From: Flectonema sp. DT1601
Taxonomy: Eukaryota
Direction of reading: 5' to 3'
Length of the DNA: 64,000 nt
NCBI GenBank assembly: GCA_964019425.1
Contig: OZ025780.1
Span: forward strand, 62,001-126,000
In this document: piece after piece, positions 37,367 through 49,350 of the stretch
Layout: every line of letters starts with the position of its first letter
How positions within the stretch are numbered: position 1 is the first letter of the stretch
Notes under the pieces: model-generated
The model's database searches: none
Seen by the model: only the letters and a program-made list of their open reading frames with translations
Told to the model about the DNA's origin: nothing
Program-made: the position numbers and the translations under genes

Positions 37367-37976
37367 ATTTCATGTGAAGGAGGTTCTGTTGGCAAAATTA
37401 AATCATTTTCAGGTCATAAACCGCACCAACACTGTTTATACAAATCAAAAAAAAACAAACATGACAAGGAATTGAACTGAAAACACAATGGATTAATTCA
37501 CACCACAATTTCTCAAAAAAAAAAAAAAAAAAAAAAAATACTTTCACAAAAAAGTTAATAAGAGCAGTGATCCCAATTGCGGCAGAAGTCTATTTTTTTA
37601 TTTATTTATTGCCATGGATTCTATGAAAGAATTTTTCTCGTGGCGCCCGGAAGAATTACAGGCGAATAAAAAGTCTCGGGTGTTCTGCCTCCAGAATTCG
37701 TCGTGAATTTGGAGCTGTTTTTTTTTTTGAGTAAAATCCAACAAAGGATTATTCCTCACACGATTTCTATTAAATTTGGAGGTGCTGCTTATCAAAATAA
37801 TTCAAAAAAAAAAAAAAAAAAAAAGAGGAAGAGGAAGAGGAAGAGGAAGAGGAAGAGGAAACAAAAGTGAAATAAATGATCCCAACAATACTATCGGAGG
37901 AGTAGTTTTGATTTTTTTTTTTTTTTTTTTTGATTTTTTTTTTTTTCCCCCCTTCCTTCCTCTGATGTACTTCTAT

Positions 37977-39293
37977 TTATTTACCAACAACCAAGCTCTC
38001 CTTATAAAGATGATTTACTGTTTTAACAATCGAATCAGTCCAGTGAGCAGTCTTATAAGGGAGTCCATGTTTCTGACAGTAATTCAAAATGTGTTTCGAA
38101 GCAGCTCTGAAATGCTGTCGAGGCATAGTTGGGAATAAGTGATGTTCAATATGAAGGTTAAGACCTCCGTGAAACCAATCTAACCAAACAGGATTAGTAA
38201 TATTTAATGTGGTGATGATCATTACTCTCGGCCAGGAAGTGTTGTGGAATTCTTCTTCTTTATGAAAGAAGGGAGTTGAATAATGAGATACCAACAATTG
38301 AATACTTAGAACTCCCTGACCAAGTGACGCATATAAATAAAACCATCCTCTATCACTCCATGTCGGAAGTATCAACAGTAACCCAGCGAGGTATCCCCAG
38401 TGAACAGCAAAGGCAGCCCATTCATACAAACGTCTTTCTTCTCTAAAGCAGTCGATTGCTATACCAATTCTCCCAAATAAGACAGTTATTGGGAACCAAA
38501 TGATGTGTTGTATCCCAATTAGGAGTCGTTGAATCCAGGTGTCAAAAAACGGATACAATTTTCTATTTTGTGCCCAAATATCTTCACGCATCTGTGGATC
38601 AGACCAATTACCAGGAATATCACAAACATTAGTAAAAGCATGATGTAAGAAGTGTTCATTCTTCCACCAATGTCCTCCAATTCCAATACCAGAAGTACCA
38701 AATAAGACTCCAAGCCAACGATCAAAATTACGTCTGTGAGTCAACTGTGAGTGCATGAAGTCGTGCATAAAGAATCCACATTGCTGCCAAAAAGCAGCCA
38801 AAGCTACTGCAGACCAGAGTAAGTATAGTCGTCGCTGTTCAGCATCAGCAGCAGCAGCAACTTTTAACAGAACTATCGTTAGAATTAATAAACAGAAAGT
38901 GAACATGAATTTCACGGCATACCAGGAAGTAGTTGCCTCAAACAATCCTTCCTTCTTCATTGTTATTAATAATTCTTTATAGTCAGTAGCAGCTGGGTCG
39001 CGGTCAGTAACGTCGTTGTATTTTCCGACTACTTTCCTTCCTTTTAATACATCGTTTGTATGGAATGCTCTGATTTGAATGGATACGTCTCTTCCAATAC
39101 ATCTTCTTAAGATTTCTTCACCTCCAGGATGATGAGGTATAAATGATGTGACGTCGTACAGGTTACCATCGTATCCAACAACATCTCGTCCTTTGAGTTC
39201 TGGATATTTATCATAATTAATATTCAAACAAGTCGTGTATTCGGTTTTTTCAGTGAAATCAGACTTCTCATCGACTGCGAATTTCCCATCCAT
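37977..39293 (-). CDS. Cytochrome b5-fused front-end-type fatty acid/sphingolipid desaturase
   Basis: HPGG heme motif; His boxes HDFMH, HFLHH, HIEHH; WFHGGLN. Confidence 0.93.
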   Translation of the reverse strand: MDGKFAVDEKSDFTEKTEYTTCLNINYDKYPELKGRDVVGYDGNLYDVTSFIPHHPGGEEILRRCIGRDVSIQIRAFHTNDVLKGRKVVGKYNDVTDRDPAATDYKELLITMKKEGLFEATTSWYAVKFMFTFCLLILTIVLLKVAAAADAEQRRLYLLWSAVALAAFWQQCGFFMHDFMHSQLTHRRNFDRWLGVLFGTSGIGIGGHWWKNEHFLHHAFTNVCDIPGNWSDPQMREDIWAQNRKLYPFFDTWIQRLLIGIQHIIWFPITVLFGRIGIAIDCFREERRLYEWAAFAVHWGYLAGLLLILPTWSDRGWFYLYASLGQGVLSIQLLVSHYSTPFFHKEEEFHNTSWPRVMIITTLNITNPVWLDWFHGGLNLHIEHHLFPTMPRQHFRAASKHILNYCQKHGLPYKTAHWTDSIVKTVNHLYKESLVVGK

Positions 39294-39836
39294 TTTTTTT
39301 TTTTTTTTTTCGGATTTTTCTTTTTTTTTTTTTTTTCTAAAAATAACTACTAACTACAGCAATATAAATAAACAGAAACAACCCATTCCTCTTCACAGTC
39401 TCTACATCACGACCTCTATAACCTGAAGTGAATAGGATGGGTGTAAGGAGATCACAATGGATGGTAAAAGACTAAACTAAAAAAGGTTATTTTGTTACTT
39501 GCAATCAACAAATAAATTACAAGTTGTCGGCCATCACAATCTTAAGTGGGAAATGGGGACATAAAAGCGTGATGAACACACACTTCCTTTATTGGTTTAT
39601 TTATTTTTTTTTCATTATTTTTTTTTTTTCCATCCTTTGTCAAACATATAAAAAGAAAAAAAATACTTTCCAAGAAGTTGTTTTGTTCTTTTTTTTTTTT
39701 TTTTTTTTCGTACCGACGTAGTCTGGGAGAAGAAAACTATTCAGATCGAAAGCCGTTATTACTTATGCTCTCTCATGAGTTATTTTCCTCCTCCCCCCCG
39801 TGCGACAGGATTCTGCCTGCTCAACGAAATATAATC

Positions 39837-41523
39837 CTATCCACCTATTTTGCAACAAGAGATTTTCCACAAAGAGAGTACTGAAGTGTGAGCAAGTAAT
39901 CGTTTGTGATGGGTGTCCCTCATAACAAGTATTTCTAATAACGCTATAAGTGTGGTGCTGTGAGCCTGCCGAGGATTAAATTAATATTTTTATTATTCCT
40001 CGTTGTTCGTTTTGCCTGTTGGGTTGGTTTTTTAAGATTTCACCTCCTCCCCATCCCCCCTCCTCCAGGTATCAACTTGCCCCTCGTGTTAAAAAAAATA
40101 AATACACACCTGTAGCGACACAAATAAAAATATATAGTTAAAGACGAGCATTATGCTAACCGTTATCCATGCCACCTGTTTGTTGTTTTATATTTACAAA
40201 ATACTTAAAAAGCTGATGATGATGTTGTAAAAAGTTAAAACATACAGCCTGGATTGCCACCATCAGTAGCAGTAAAGAAACAACCAACTGGGTGATTGAC
40301 AAAGCCGCTTGTGTTTTGAATGGAGAAGAGAATAGAGTCCTGTGATTGTTGTGTTTATTTATTTTAATTTAGAATTAATAAATAATAACAAATCATACCA
40401 AGAAATCAGATTATTGAAGTCACCCGGAACACCACAATTAGTAAATCCTTTCCCTTTGTAGATGGTAGCAGTCGCTAGTAGTTTGTCATCAACTTTTATT
40501 GAAGTTGTTTCAGAACATTTTGACGGAACCAAATCAGGGTGGAATCTAACAAGTGACCCACATCGGTATGAAGTCCCTGGTCTCCAAATCTGAACACTTT
40601 CTGAAATGTCTTCTTCGACATATTGCCAAGTTCCGTATGTTTGAGCGTGAGAGACGTACTCTAAGAAGCTGTTACTTACCTTCCTCACGCATATCAATAA
40701 AGTTGTATTAAGAAACACAACTATTGTGAGGAGACGTGTCCTGACTGGTGGCCAATACAAATTTTCACTAGTCACGAACAACACTGGAAACACACTAGTG
40801 TAGTACATGTTAAGAAGACCGGCATACAATACTCCCCTCCAAAGTGAATCAAATGTCTTTCTTGAAAGAGGAAGTGATATTATTTTAATCGAATTCTTAT
40901 CATCAAAGGCATCCGAGAATTTTATTATCTTCTCCGGAGGAACATAAGCAAGACGAGAACTACACGCGACGTATAACACAAATGGAAGTACCAAGGCGAT
41001 AATTTTAACTTCTTGATATCTTTCACCCAATACGACTGTGCAATAAAGTGAGATGCAGAGCGTTATGACGACACCAACACCACCAAACACAATTAATAAC
41101 AATCCAGGTTGGTTATGAATTGGTATTAGAGATTGATTTCTTGAAACAACTTGCGATGAACCAGAAGTGGATTGGTTTTGTGTTTTATCCGATAAAGACT
41201 CCCTCAGTGATTGGATCCAACTTTGATATCCTTCTTGACAGAGTTTCCAAAGAAGTCTTCGAAAGAGAGCAACCAACGAGAAAGTAAAAACGTGATAATC
41301 CACGTCCAGGATATTACTTCTGTAAATACAATAGTTCTGAATAACTAAGTGAATCAACGAATAAATAAATAATAAAAACTCAAATGGAACATCCATCCCG
41401 TCATTCACATGAAGTCCACACAAGGATGCTATTTTTATATATTTAATTACGGTATCGTCTTCGGGTTTAGCATTCGTGTAACTTATTGGTGGTTTTCTGT
41501 TTTTTAATCCATTCGACTGTTGC

Positions 41524-41554
<31 letters not shown>

Positions 41555-41690
41555 GCTGTTGTTGTTGGTTCTTTTTCTCAGTTAATTTCGATCCATCAAC
41601 TCCGCTATTCTTAACTGAATGATTACCACCATGTTGGTGTTTATCTTTTTGTTTTCCTTTTGAAGATCCAGATCCGGATTTTCCTTTCAT
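39837..41690 (-). CDS. TMEM39: TMEM39-family membrane protein (multi-exon; last exon tentative)
   Basis: FEFLLFIY..., YYTSVFPVLFV, GTWQ...IW...GSLVR...YKGKG..N.GVP. Downstream exons read TLFSSPF... and ...MLVFNYIFLF after GT-AG introns. Confidence 0.75.
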
Positions 41691-42189
41691 TTATATAACT
41701 GAAGTGTGATAATTAATAAATAACTTTTTTTTTTTTTTAGAAACAAACAAGAGGGTTTTAATAGAGAAAAACAATGAAATACTTGTAATGAATGGGATGT
41801 AATTTAACGTTTTTTTGTTTTTTTGTTTTTTCGATAAGATAAATAATTTTGAAAATGCAAGTCGGACACAAAACAAGGGAGCGGAAGCAGAGCACAGTGG
41901 AGAGTTTGCGAAATCAAAAAATTATTTTTATCCATACTTGTACCCCTTTAAAGGGGGCAAAATAAAGGGGAAATTAAAGGGCTTTTAATGCCCTTTAATT
42001 TCCGTAATTCCAAAATAAAGGGGAAATAAAGGGCTTTTAATCCAAATAAAGGGCTTTTTTTCCTTTTTTTCCAAAATAAAGGGGAAATAAAGGGGAAATA
42101 AGCGGAATAAAGGGGGAATAAAGGGGGGTGGGAAAGCCCCTTTATTTCCGCTTTATTTATTAAATCCCAAGGCACCCACCACGCTGCGT

Positions 42190-43195
42190 CATCCTAAGTC
42201 GGAAAGGAAATTACTCGAAAGTCGGGGCAGTTCGAACGTCAGCATTCACATCAGCAAGCAACCAGTCCTGAGTACTTAAAGAACCCAACCATTACGTGTA
42301 TCAGTCACAGTCACACTTAGTATAGCGTTAGTACAGAGGACACGGATCTGCTATGCAGGGAAGTGACTTGAACTCGTTCAACTAATTAATGTGTGTAGAT
42401 ATAAGCGCCGCGAATTGACGGGTCTGAAGTTATGCTTTCCGAAGAGAGCAACCACCCACGCGAGTGTTATTTTGACGCTATAACCTGTGACTTTCAACAC
42501 GTAACAACCAGGGATAATTCTCAGTAAGGCCGCCGTCACCGTGAAGCTGCTACGAATATAACCCAACAAACTAGCAATTCCTCCAACCTTTTTCGTCAGT
42601 CGGGATTGTTACACGCCGGAAAAGGAAACTACTCGAAAGTCGGGGCAGTTCGAACGTCAGCATTCACATTAGCAAACAACCAGTCTTGAGAACCCAACCA
42701 TTACGTGAATCAGCCACAGTTAACCTGCAACTTTCAACATGTAACAACCAGGGATAATTCTCAATAAGGCCGCCGTCACCGTGAAGCTGCTACGAATAAC
42801 AGTTCGAACGTCAGCATTCACATTAGCAAGCAACCAGTCTTGAGAACCCAATCATTACGTAACATGTAACAACCAGGGATAATTCTCAATAAGGCCGCCG
42901 TCACCGTGAAGCTGCTACGAATAACAGTTCGAACGTCAGCATTCACATTAGCAAGCAACCAGTCTTGAGAACCCAATCATTACGTAACATGTAACAACCA
43001 GGGATAATTCTCAATAAGGCCGCCGTCACCGTGAAGCTGCTACGAATAACAGTTCGAACGTCAGCATCCACATTAGCAAGCAACCAGTCTTGAGAACCCA
43101 ATCATTACGTAACATGTAACAACCAGGGATAATTCTCAATAAGGCCGCCGTCACCGTGAAGCTGCTACGAACATAACCCAACAAACTAGCAATTC
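42190..43195. repeat. 125-bp tandem repeats plus longer variant copies inside the TIR element
   Basis: AGTTCGAACGTCAGCAT at ~42228, ~42647, 42801, 42926 and 43051. AAGGCCGCCGTCACCGTGAAGCTGCTACGAA occurs 5 times. Confidence 0.93.
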
Positions 43196-44802
43196 CACTC
43201 ACTTCGAACGCACTCAGCCAGAGAGCTTGCCAACAGAACAGAACGCAAGGTTACTTTCGGGTCCAATCTTCGCCGTGAGCCTGGTGTCTTGTGCTGGGCT
43301 GGGTTTCCAGAGGGCCTCACCATGCACACAAACTCCTGGATGGGACGATCGAGGGAATCAACCAAGCCGAGAACTGAACCGGAAGGATAGGCTTACAAGA
43401 CTAACCTGAAGTAAACTTCAGAGCTTCGCTTTCCAGCATGCCGAAACAGAGCCATGGAAGGGGATTACACAACAACCTCATTAAACCCACTGGCCACCCC
43501 GTGCATAGTCGCCGCCAATGGTTATTACTATCCAAAGCGCTAACACGAGGCACCACACATTCGTAAGAAGGGAGTCCTACCGGAACGGACCACGCATCTG
43601 ATTCTACTGGTTAAAGCAACTCCGAAAGAATGTATTCTCCATGATTTCAGACATGTAACTTTTGGATATCATGCTCCTGTCTAATTGTTCCCACATAAGC
43701 TTTTGTCTTGAGAGATTGAAAATAAAGTTTGTAGTAATAGCCGAAGAGAGGAGAAAGTTTTTATTTTAAAATTGCGAGAAAAAATGATGTCAAGTCAAAT
43801 TGACCAGGTATTTCTCTGACAATCTTGACTGTCAGCGGCAGCGTAGTAAATGACTGCAGATAAATAAATACCACGTGAACATAGTTGAGCACCACTTGCT
43901 TATGTAACCGCAACAGTTTTTTATAAAACCCATGAGTATTTAATTAATAATTATATTGTCTTGAAAACTTGAAGGGGGTTAACTGTTGGATTTTATACGT
44001 AAAATACAAGACGAACGCCTGCTTTGGACACGCTGGTTTGTTCACAGTAACTTCGGTGGTCTACCCACCAATTGATACTCACTGACAGATTTAATTATCA
44101 TCCATTGCAATCTTCAGAATGCAAAAGCACTTGAAGTTACGATTCCTCTCAGCTGCATACACATCTCTTTTTTCCGTGTTGTCATTCAGTGCAGTACGGA
44201 ATCGAGTTATTCAACTGTGAATTAATCACCAAGACGAACACCAGGAAGGGGGGCGTTTGAGTTTGATTTGTAAAATACAACTATATCATCATAACGATAT
44301 TTAACATCATAAGGAAACCGCTAGCTACCATGCTGGTAACTGACCAACTCAGTCAACTCACTAATCTTTGGCCACCGTTCCGACTTTCTTTCCTTTCACA
44401 CCGACAGTCCTCTAACGGACTAATCACGTATCGAAAAAAAACAGCGAAGGTCGAGCAACTTAATACCTCGTGCCGAAATTCTTGTGAGGAACTCAAGAAT
44501 TTTTGCTGAAAAAAAAATTTCCAAAAAAAAAATTCCTCACAATAATAATTCCTTACCAGATCACCAAAGGAAACCCCCAGTAAAAAATTTTCCTTGATCA
44601 GGAATTATTTTTGTGGGAGAAGAATCTTGTGAAATAACGATTTTTGAGGATTTTTTTTTTTTTTTGAGTGTTTCACTACTGTGTTTCTCCTTCTTTTTGT
44701 TACTACTATAATTGCTTAGGCGCTGCCCTTACTGGGTGGCCGTTCACTTTTTCGAGACAATGGGGGATGCGACACGGAAACTGATTGCGCTGTGAGGCGC
44801 GG

Positions 44803-44873
44803 TGCGTACAGCGGGGTTCGAACCGAGGCCGATTGGGTGCGGGGGCACCACCCCATCCACTGCACTATGACGC
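44803..44873 (-). ncRNA. Degenerate tRNA-like Pol III module A
   Basis: Minus strand GCGTCA-TAGTGCAGTGG (A box)...GGTTCGAACCC (B box)...TGTACGCA. Partial acceptor stem, tRNA-like length and spacing, imperfect arms. Confidence 0.6.
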
Positions 44874-45369
44874 CCCCGAGGAGAAATTCCTTTTTTTTTT
44901 TTTTTTTTTTTGGTTACACTCGTCTGTGCTTCCAGACTCTTTGTTTTTGTTCTTTTCACTTCTTTGTTTTGTCTTTCTTTTATACTTTCTTTTGGTTTAA
45001 GTCTGACAAATTGGAAAACACGGGAAACATAGGTAGGCTCCGCCTGAGGACGTAAGAAGAGCGGCAACGGAAAAATAGATGGTCACGCGTCCTTGAAATT
45101 GGACACATGAAGCTAATTCGGTTACCATTCCTACCATCGATAAGGAAAAACAAAGAATCGAGCATATAACTAGAGCGGTGGTCAAAGACCACTTGAACAG
45201 CCCGAAGGCCTGCCCTCAAGAGAAATTTATAAGGAGAATAGGAGAAGAAGGAGAAAGGAGTATTGGAAGGGACACTGAGACAACACCGAAGGTGATGTGC
45301 AGTTACCCAACCAGGAGATGATTGATAATGATGAAAATACTAAATATTGATAAAACACTTAAATGGCGA

Positions 45370-48300
45370 CTACGTGTCACCTACACAATTCCAAAGTCTC
45401 AGGTTGGATGCTTGTTCCATCCACCTGATCAACATCGCTACTGAAGGAAGCCAGCTGGTGGCAAAGATTGAGCCAAGACTGGCAGGAATGCCGTTGATGA
45501 GGATTAGATCACTTGATCGGTCCCATTTGCCTGTCGATGTAGAAAAGCCAAGGATTTCATATCTGGCTGCATCGAGTTTCTGTGATGGACAGCCTACGAG
45601 TAGGTGGAGTTGGTTGGATGGAGCGCTATGGCAGAATGGACATATGATGGCTTTCCGCCAGTTTTGCATCAGTGGATGACACCCCGTTCTAAAATTCGCA
45701 ATTCTGATTTCATCGCTCCTTTTCATGTCGGGAGGATATTTTATCGCGGCACCTTTGACGGTGTTTTTATAGCAAGTGTAACCAATTCTGTTCCAAATGT
45801 CCTTCGTGATCCCCCTCCTCACTCGGGATTTGTGATAGAAGAAGGATCCTCGGATTGGGATTTGAGGGAGGTATCTGTTGTGAGCCGATTTCTTAGCAAG
45901 TTCATCAACTTCGTCGTGTGCTTCTATCCCCATGTGAGAAGGGATGAATTGAAGATGTACTTTCATACCGCAGTTCCGTAGGTTCTCGAGGATGCCGAGG
46001 GATCTGGTGTTTCTCTGTTTACACCTGCCACCCTTCAACTCGTCCAACAATGATTTTGAGTCGGTATAGATTCTGACTGACTTAGTTAGCCCGTCTTTCT
46101 GTACCTTCCAGTTTAAGTAGTTTGCCGCATTTTTCAAGGCATGTTGCTCAGTTCTGTAGCTGCAATCCGCACGCACTAATCTGGTCGCATGAGCACGTTT
46201 CTTTCCGTCTCGTGACCTAGCAATGAGAGCCGCGCCTGACGCATTCGAAGAGTATGAACCGTCACAGTTGATCACCATGTCCACCGGAGGAAGTGTCGCG
46301 TTGTAGGTAAGGAATTTCTCCCTGTCCACTGCGGGATCAGGGGATTTTGTAAAACCGCAGCTGTTGCTGATTTGAACATTGTCCGAAGCAATCCAAGGTT
46401 TGATAGAGTCAGGTTGAACGATCCCCACACTTTCTAGTTGACCTTCAGAACGGGGAATGAGGCCACCCCAGAAGCTTCGAGGCGATGCGAGTGAGTTGGT
46501 GTCCGGCACCCAGGTCATGGCTTTGTACCTGAAATAGGCAATTTTAGTCTGCTTTTCGATTTGTCTTTTAAACGGTAAGATGTCGGCTTCCCAAAGGAGC
46601 AACTCCCTCGGAGTACATCTGCTGCATCCTGTTACGAGTCTCGCTATTTTTCTCATCTCGAAGTCGATAGCATCCGTTTTATGCTGGTTGAGCAACCAAC
46701 CAAAGCTGTCCAGTGCATAGGAAATCCTCGCTGTCACGTACAAGTTTTTAACCATCTTTAGGGTCTTGTAGTCCAATTCATATGGCTGGAGGCACTGCAG
46801 AAGGGAGATCCCTTTCTTCAGTTCGTCGTGTATTTTCTCTAACTGTTTATCAAACCTGAGCCTGTTATCAATGTAAACACCCAGATATTTCACTGAGTCC
46901 GTGATCGGCAGTAGGAAGGCAATTTTAATTTTCGCTTTGACATTCATCTCGTCGTGGATGTTCAACATCAGTAAGTCTTCTAATTCTTGTTGAGTCCTGA
47001 TGGGTTTCCCCTCTACTTCGAGGATCGTTTCACCACTCAGTAAAGTGGGCCTTGTCGTCGTCGTGTTGATCACGCTGTCTAGATCAAAATAGTCAATATC
47101 TAACGAACGTACTTCCAGTGATTTTGAGAATAAGAGTTCGCGGTCGCTAGTATCAGTCAGGGTTACTTCTTTCGATTGAATATCCATTTTCAGAGCGCAA
47201 GTCTTGGAGACTGAAAGTGCCATGTCATTATCACGGCACCACTTGTCAACGATGTCAAGTATTCGTTGAGCGTTTGAGATTGCTTCGTCCATGGACGAGC
47301 CAAATACTGCACAAGCGGTGTCGTCTGCATACAGTGCGGTCAAAGTCGTTTCCTTCTCTTGTGAGAGAATCTTACACAGATCGTCAACATATATTAAATA
47401 GAGTAGTGGGCCTAAGATTGATCCTTGAGGCACTCCTTTTGACAGCGTACGAAACTTACTGAAATGTCCATTTGCATCAACCCTGACCTTCCTATTGGTT
47501 AGAAAGTCCGTTATCCATCGAACGATGAAGGTTGGGATGCCCATTCTTTGTAGTTTTGAAAGTAAAATTCGATGGTTAATCCTATCGAAGGCTGCTGTGA
47601 AATCGAATGACAAGAAGACTGACCTCCTCCCCTTCGTGTGGTTGTTTACCATGGCGTCCACCAGAATTGTGATTTGTTCGCAGGTATTTCTGCCCCGTCT
47701 GAAGCCAGCTTGAATCGGACTGAGTGCTGAGTTTTCGGTAAGCCAATGCATGAGCCTGTCATACACCAACCTCTCAGCCAGTTTGCCAACAACCGAAGTG
47801 AGTGTGATTGGTCTGTAGCTTTTAATATCGTTCCGCGGTTTGCCCGACTTGAACATCGGTTTGATTAACCCCTGTTTCCAAAGATATGGAACATTGGAGG
47901 ATCTCCACGAAGAATTGATCACCTTTAATAAACAGTCAACTGCCTTCTGAGATAAGTTCTTAAGCATTTCGTTGTGAATACCGTCAGGGCCTGCTGCTTT
48001 GCGAGGCTTCAGGTTTTTAATTGCTGCTGATATCTCGGTATCTGTGAAGTCACAACAGATGTCCAATTCCAAGTCTTCTTTCTTCAATGAAGGGGCTTCG
48101 AGTTTAGCAGCATCCCCATCGGCCACAAAGAGGTCCAGAAATGCTGCAGGTAAATCGTTCTCAGATATATTTGATACGCTGATGTCCTTACCAGCGTCCT
48201 GTTGGAGTTCTTTAATCTTCTTGAAGGCGAAGTTAAAGTTGTTCCCCTTCTTCAGTTGGTCTTTCAGGTGACTGCCTTTTGATTTTAGAGATTCCGGTGA

Positions 48301-49350
48301 AGAGATCTTCCACTTACGTCGGCGCTTGCCCTTAAATAAGATTCTCCTCCGCACGTTCCTCGCAGCTACTTCATGTATTATGTTATTTAATAATCCAACA
48401 TTACCAGTGGCATCATCCGAGAACTTAGCCCTATCAATTCTTCTATCAAGTTGCTGTCTGAAAGCACTCCAGTTTGTAGATTTGAAATCCCAGACAGTTC
48501 GTTTCCTTGCTCCAACTGTTGCTTGAGAGAGGTGAGCCATTGTGTCGAAGATAGCGAGTAGAGGTCGATGATCCGAGTTATGTTTACTGTCTTCATTTAT
48601 GATTGAAAATTCTTCTAATACAATTGATCCTTTAAAGAATATAACGTCAGGTGAGGTACCACCGCCAGGAATGTCGTGTTTGGGCCGAGTTATTTGACCA
48701 GGTCTGTTTGCTACGAGAACGTCATTGCGATCCGCCCAATTAAATAATTCTTTACCAGATTTGGTTGTCCTGGTAGACCAGACGAGGTTGTGTGCGTTGA
48801 AGTCGCCCGCAATAATAGACTTCGTTGTGATCGGAAGATCATCTTCTCTAATGATACACCCAGGGGGAGCGTAAACGTTAATAACATTGACACCACCAAC
48901 ATTCAGCATCATAGCTTCGATACCGCTTGTTCTCGAAAACAATTCTTCATCACTGATTCCTTGTGAGAAGCATCTCTTTGCCATTATTATAATGCCACCA
49001 CCTTTTGTATTTCTGTCCTTCCTATATGTATAATAGCCAGGGTGCGAAATGTGTTCCTTCGACCAGGTTTCCTGTAAGCACAGTACATCCGGCGAGTAGT
49101 GAGAAAGGAGTCTTTGAATATAAGACCCCTTCTGACTTATCGATCTACAGTTCCAGCTCAACACTGAGAGTAACGAATTTTCAGGTCCAGGGTTGCGTTC
49201 AACGTCGCCTGCCAGCAGTAATAAACTTCGGGTCAGTTCTTTTTCAGTTTGAGAGATAGTCGGTGCTGTTACAGTAGTCGGCTTCACCAGAACTTTACTA
49301 TGATGTGCGTCATTTTTAGAATTTGAAGTTGACGGTGTTCGTTTGTCAAG
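45370..49350 (-). CDS. LINE ORF2: 2A - APE endonuclease - reverse transcriptase - RNase H - CCHC finger
   Basis: SWN, LCLQET, AGDFNAH, SDH (APE); GPDGI, YRPITLT, QAGFR, GVPQGSILGP, YADD, KYLG (RT); CDGS, YTDS, IPSH (RNase H); CPFC...HLLVGC. The frame is open back to the ORF1 stop. Confidence 0.96.
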   Translation of the reverse strand, partial: LDKRTPSTSNSKNDAHHSKVLVKPTTVTAPTISQTEKELTRSLLLLAGDVERNPGPENSLLSVLSWNCRSISQKGSYIQRLLSHYSPDVLCLQETWSKEHISHPGYYTYRKDRNTKGGGIIIMAKRCFSQGISDEELFSRTSGIEAMMLNVGGVNVINVYAPPGCIIREDDLPITTKSIIAGDFNAHNLVWSTRTTKSGKELFNWADRNDVLVANRPGQITRPKHDIPGGGTSPDVIFFKGSIVLEEFSIINEDSKHNSDHRPLLAIFDTMAHLSQATVGARKRTVWDFKSTNWSAFRQQLDRRIDRAKFSDDATGNVGLLNNIIHEVAARNVRRRILFKGKRRRKWKISSPESLKSKGSHLKDQLKKGNNFNFAFKKIKELQQDAGKDISVSNISENDLPAAFLDLFVADGDAAKLEAPSLKKEDLELDICCDFTDTEISAAIKNLKPRKAAGPDGIHNEMLKNLSQKAVDCLLKVINSSWRSSNVPYLWKQGLIKPMFKSGKPRNDIKSYRPITLTSVVGKLAERLVYDRLMHWLTENSALSPIQAGFRRGRNTCEQITILVDAMVNNHTKGRRSVFLSFDFTAAFDRINHRILLSKLQRMGIPTFIVRWITDFLTNRKVRVDANGHFSKFRTLSKGVPQGSILGPLLYLIYVDDLCKILSQEKETTLTALYADDTACAVFGSSMDEAISNAQRILDIVDKWCRDNDMALSVSKTCALKMDIQSKEVTLTDTSDRELLFSKSLEVRSLDIDYFDLDSVINTTTTRPTLLSGETILEVEGKPIRTQQELEDLLMLNIHDEMNVKAKIKIAFLLPITDSVKYLGVYIDNRLRFDKQLEKIHDELKKGISLLQCLQPYELDYKTLKMVKNLYVTARISYALDSFGWLLNQHKTDAIDFEMRKIARLVTGCSRCTPRELLLWEADILPFKRQIEKQTKIAYFRYKAMTWVPDTNSLASPRSFWGGLIPRSEGQLESVGIVQPDSIKPWIASDNVQISNSCGFTKSPDPAVDREKFLTYNATLPPVDMVINCDGSYSSNASGAALIARSRDGKKRAHATRLVRADCSYRTEQHALKNAANYLNWKVQKDGLTKSVRIYTDSKSLLDELKGGRCKQRNTRSLGILENLRNCGMKVHLQFIPSHMGIEAHDEVDELAKKSAHNRYLPQIPIRGSFFYHKSRVRRGITKDIWNRIGYTCYKNTVKGAAIKYPPDMKRSDEIRIANFRTGCHPLMQNWRKAIICPFCHSAPSNQLHLLVGCPSQKLDAARYEILGFSTSTGKWDRSSDLILINGIPASLGSIFATSWLPSVAMLIRWMEQASNLRLWNCVGDT

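Noticed and set aside
42800..43170. CRISPR-like repeat-spacer array
   Set aside because: Whole 125-bp units are repeated; the intervening sequence is not unique.
43200..44750. Transposase or HDV-like ribozyme within the TIR element
   Set aside because: No ORF of useful length and no DDE motif. I could not build a convincing double pseudoknot by eye.
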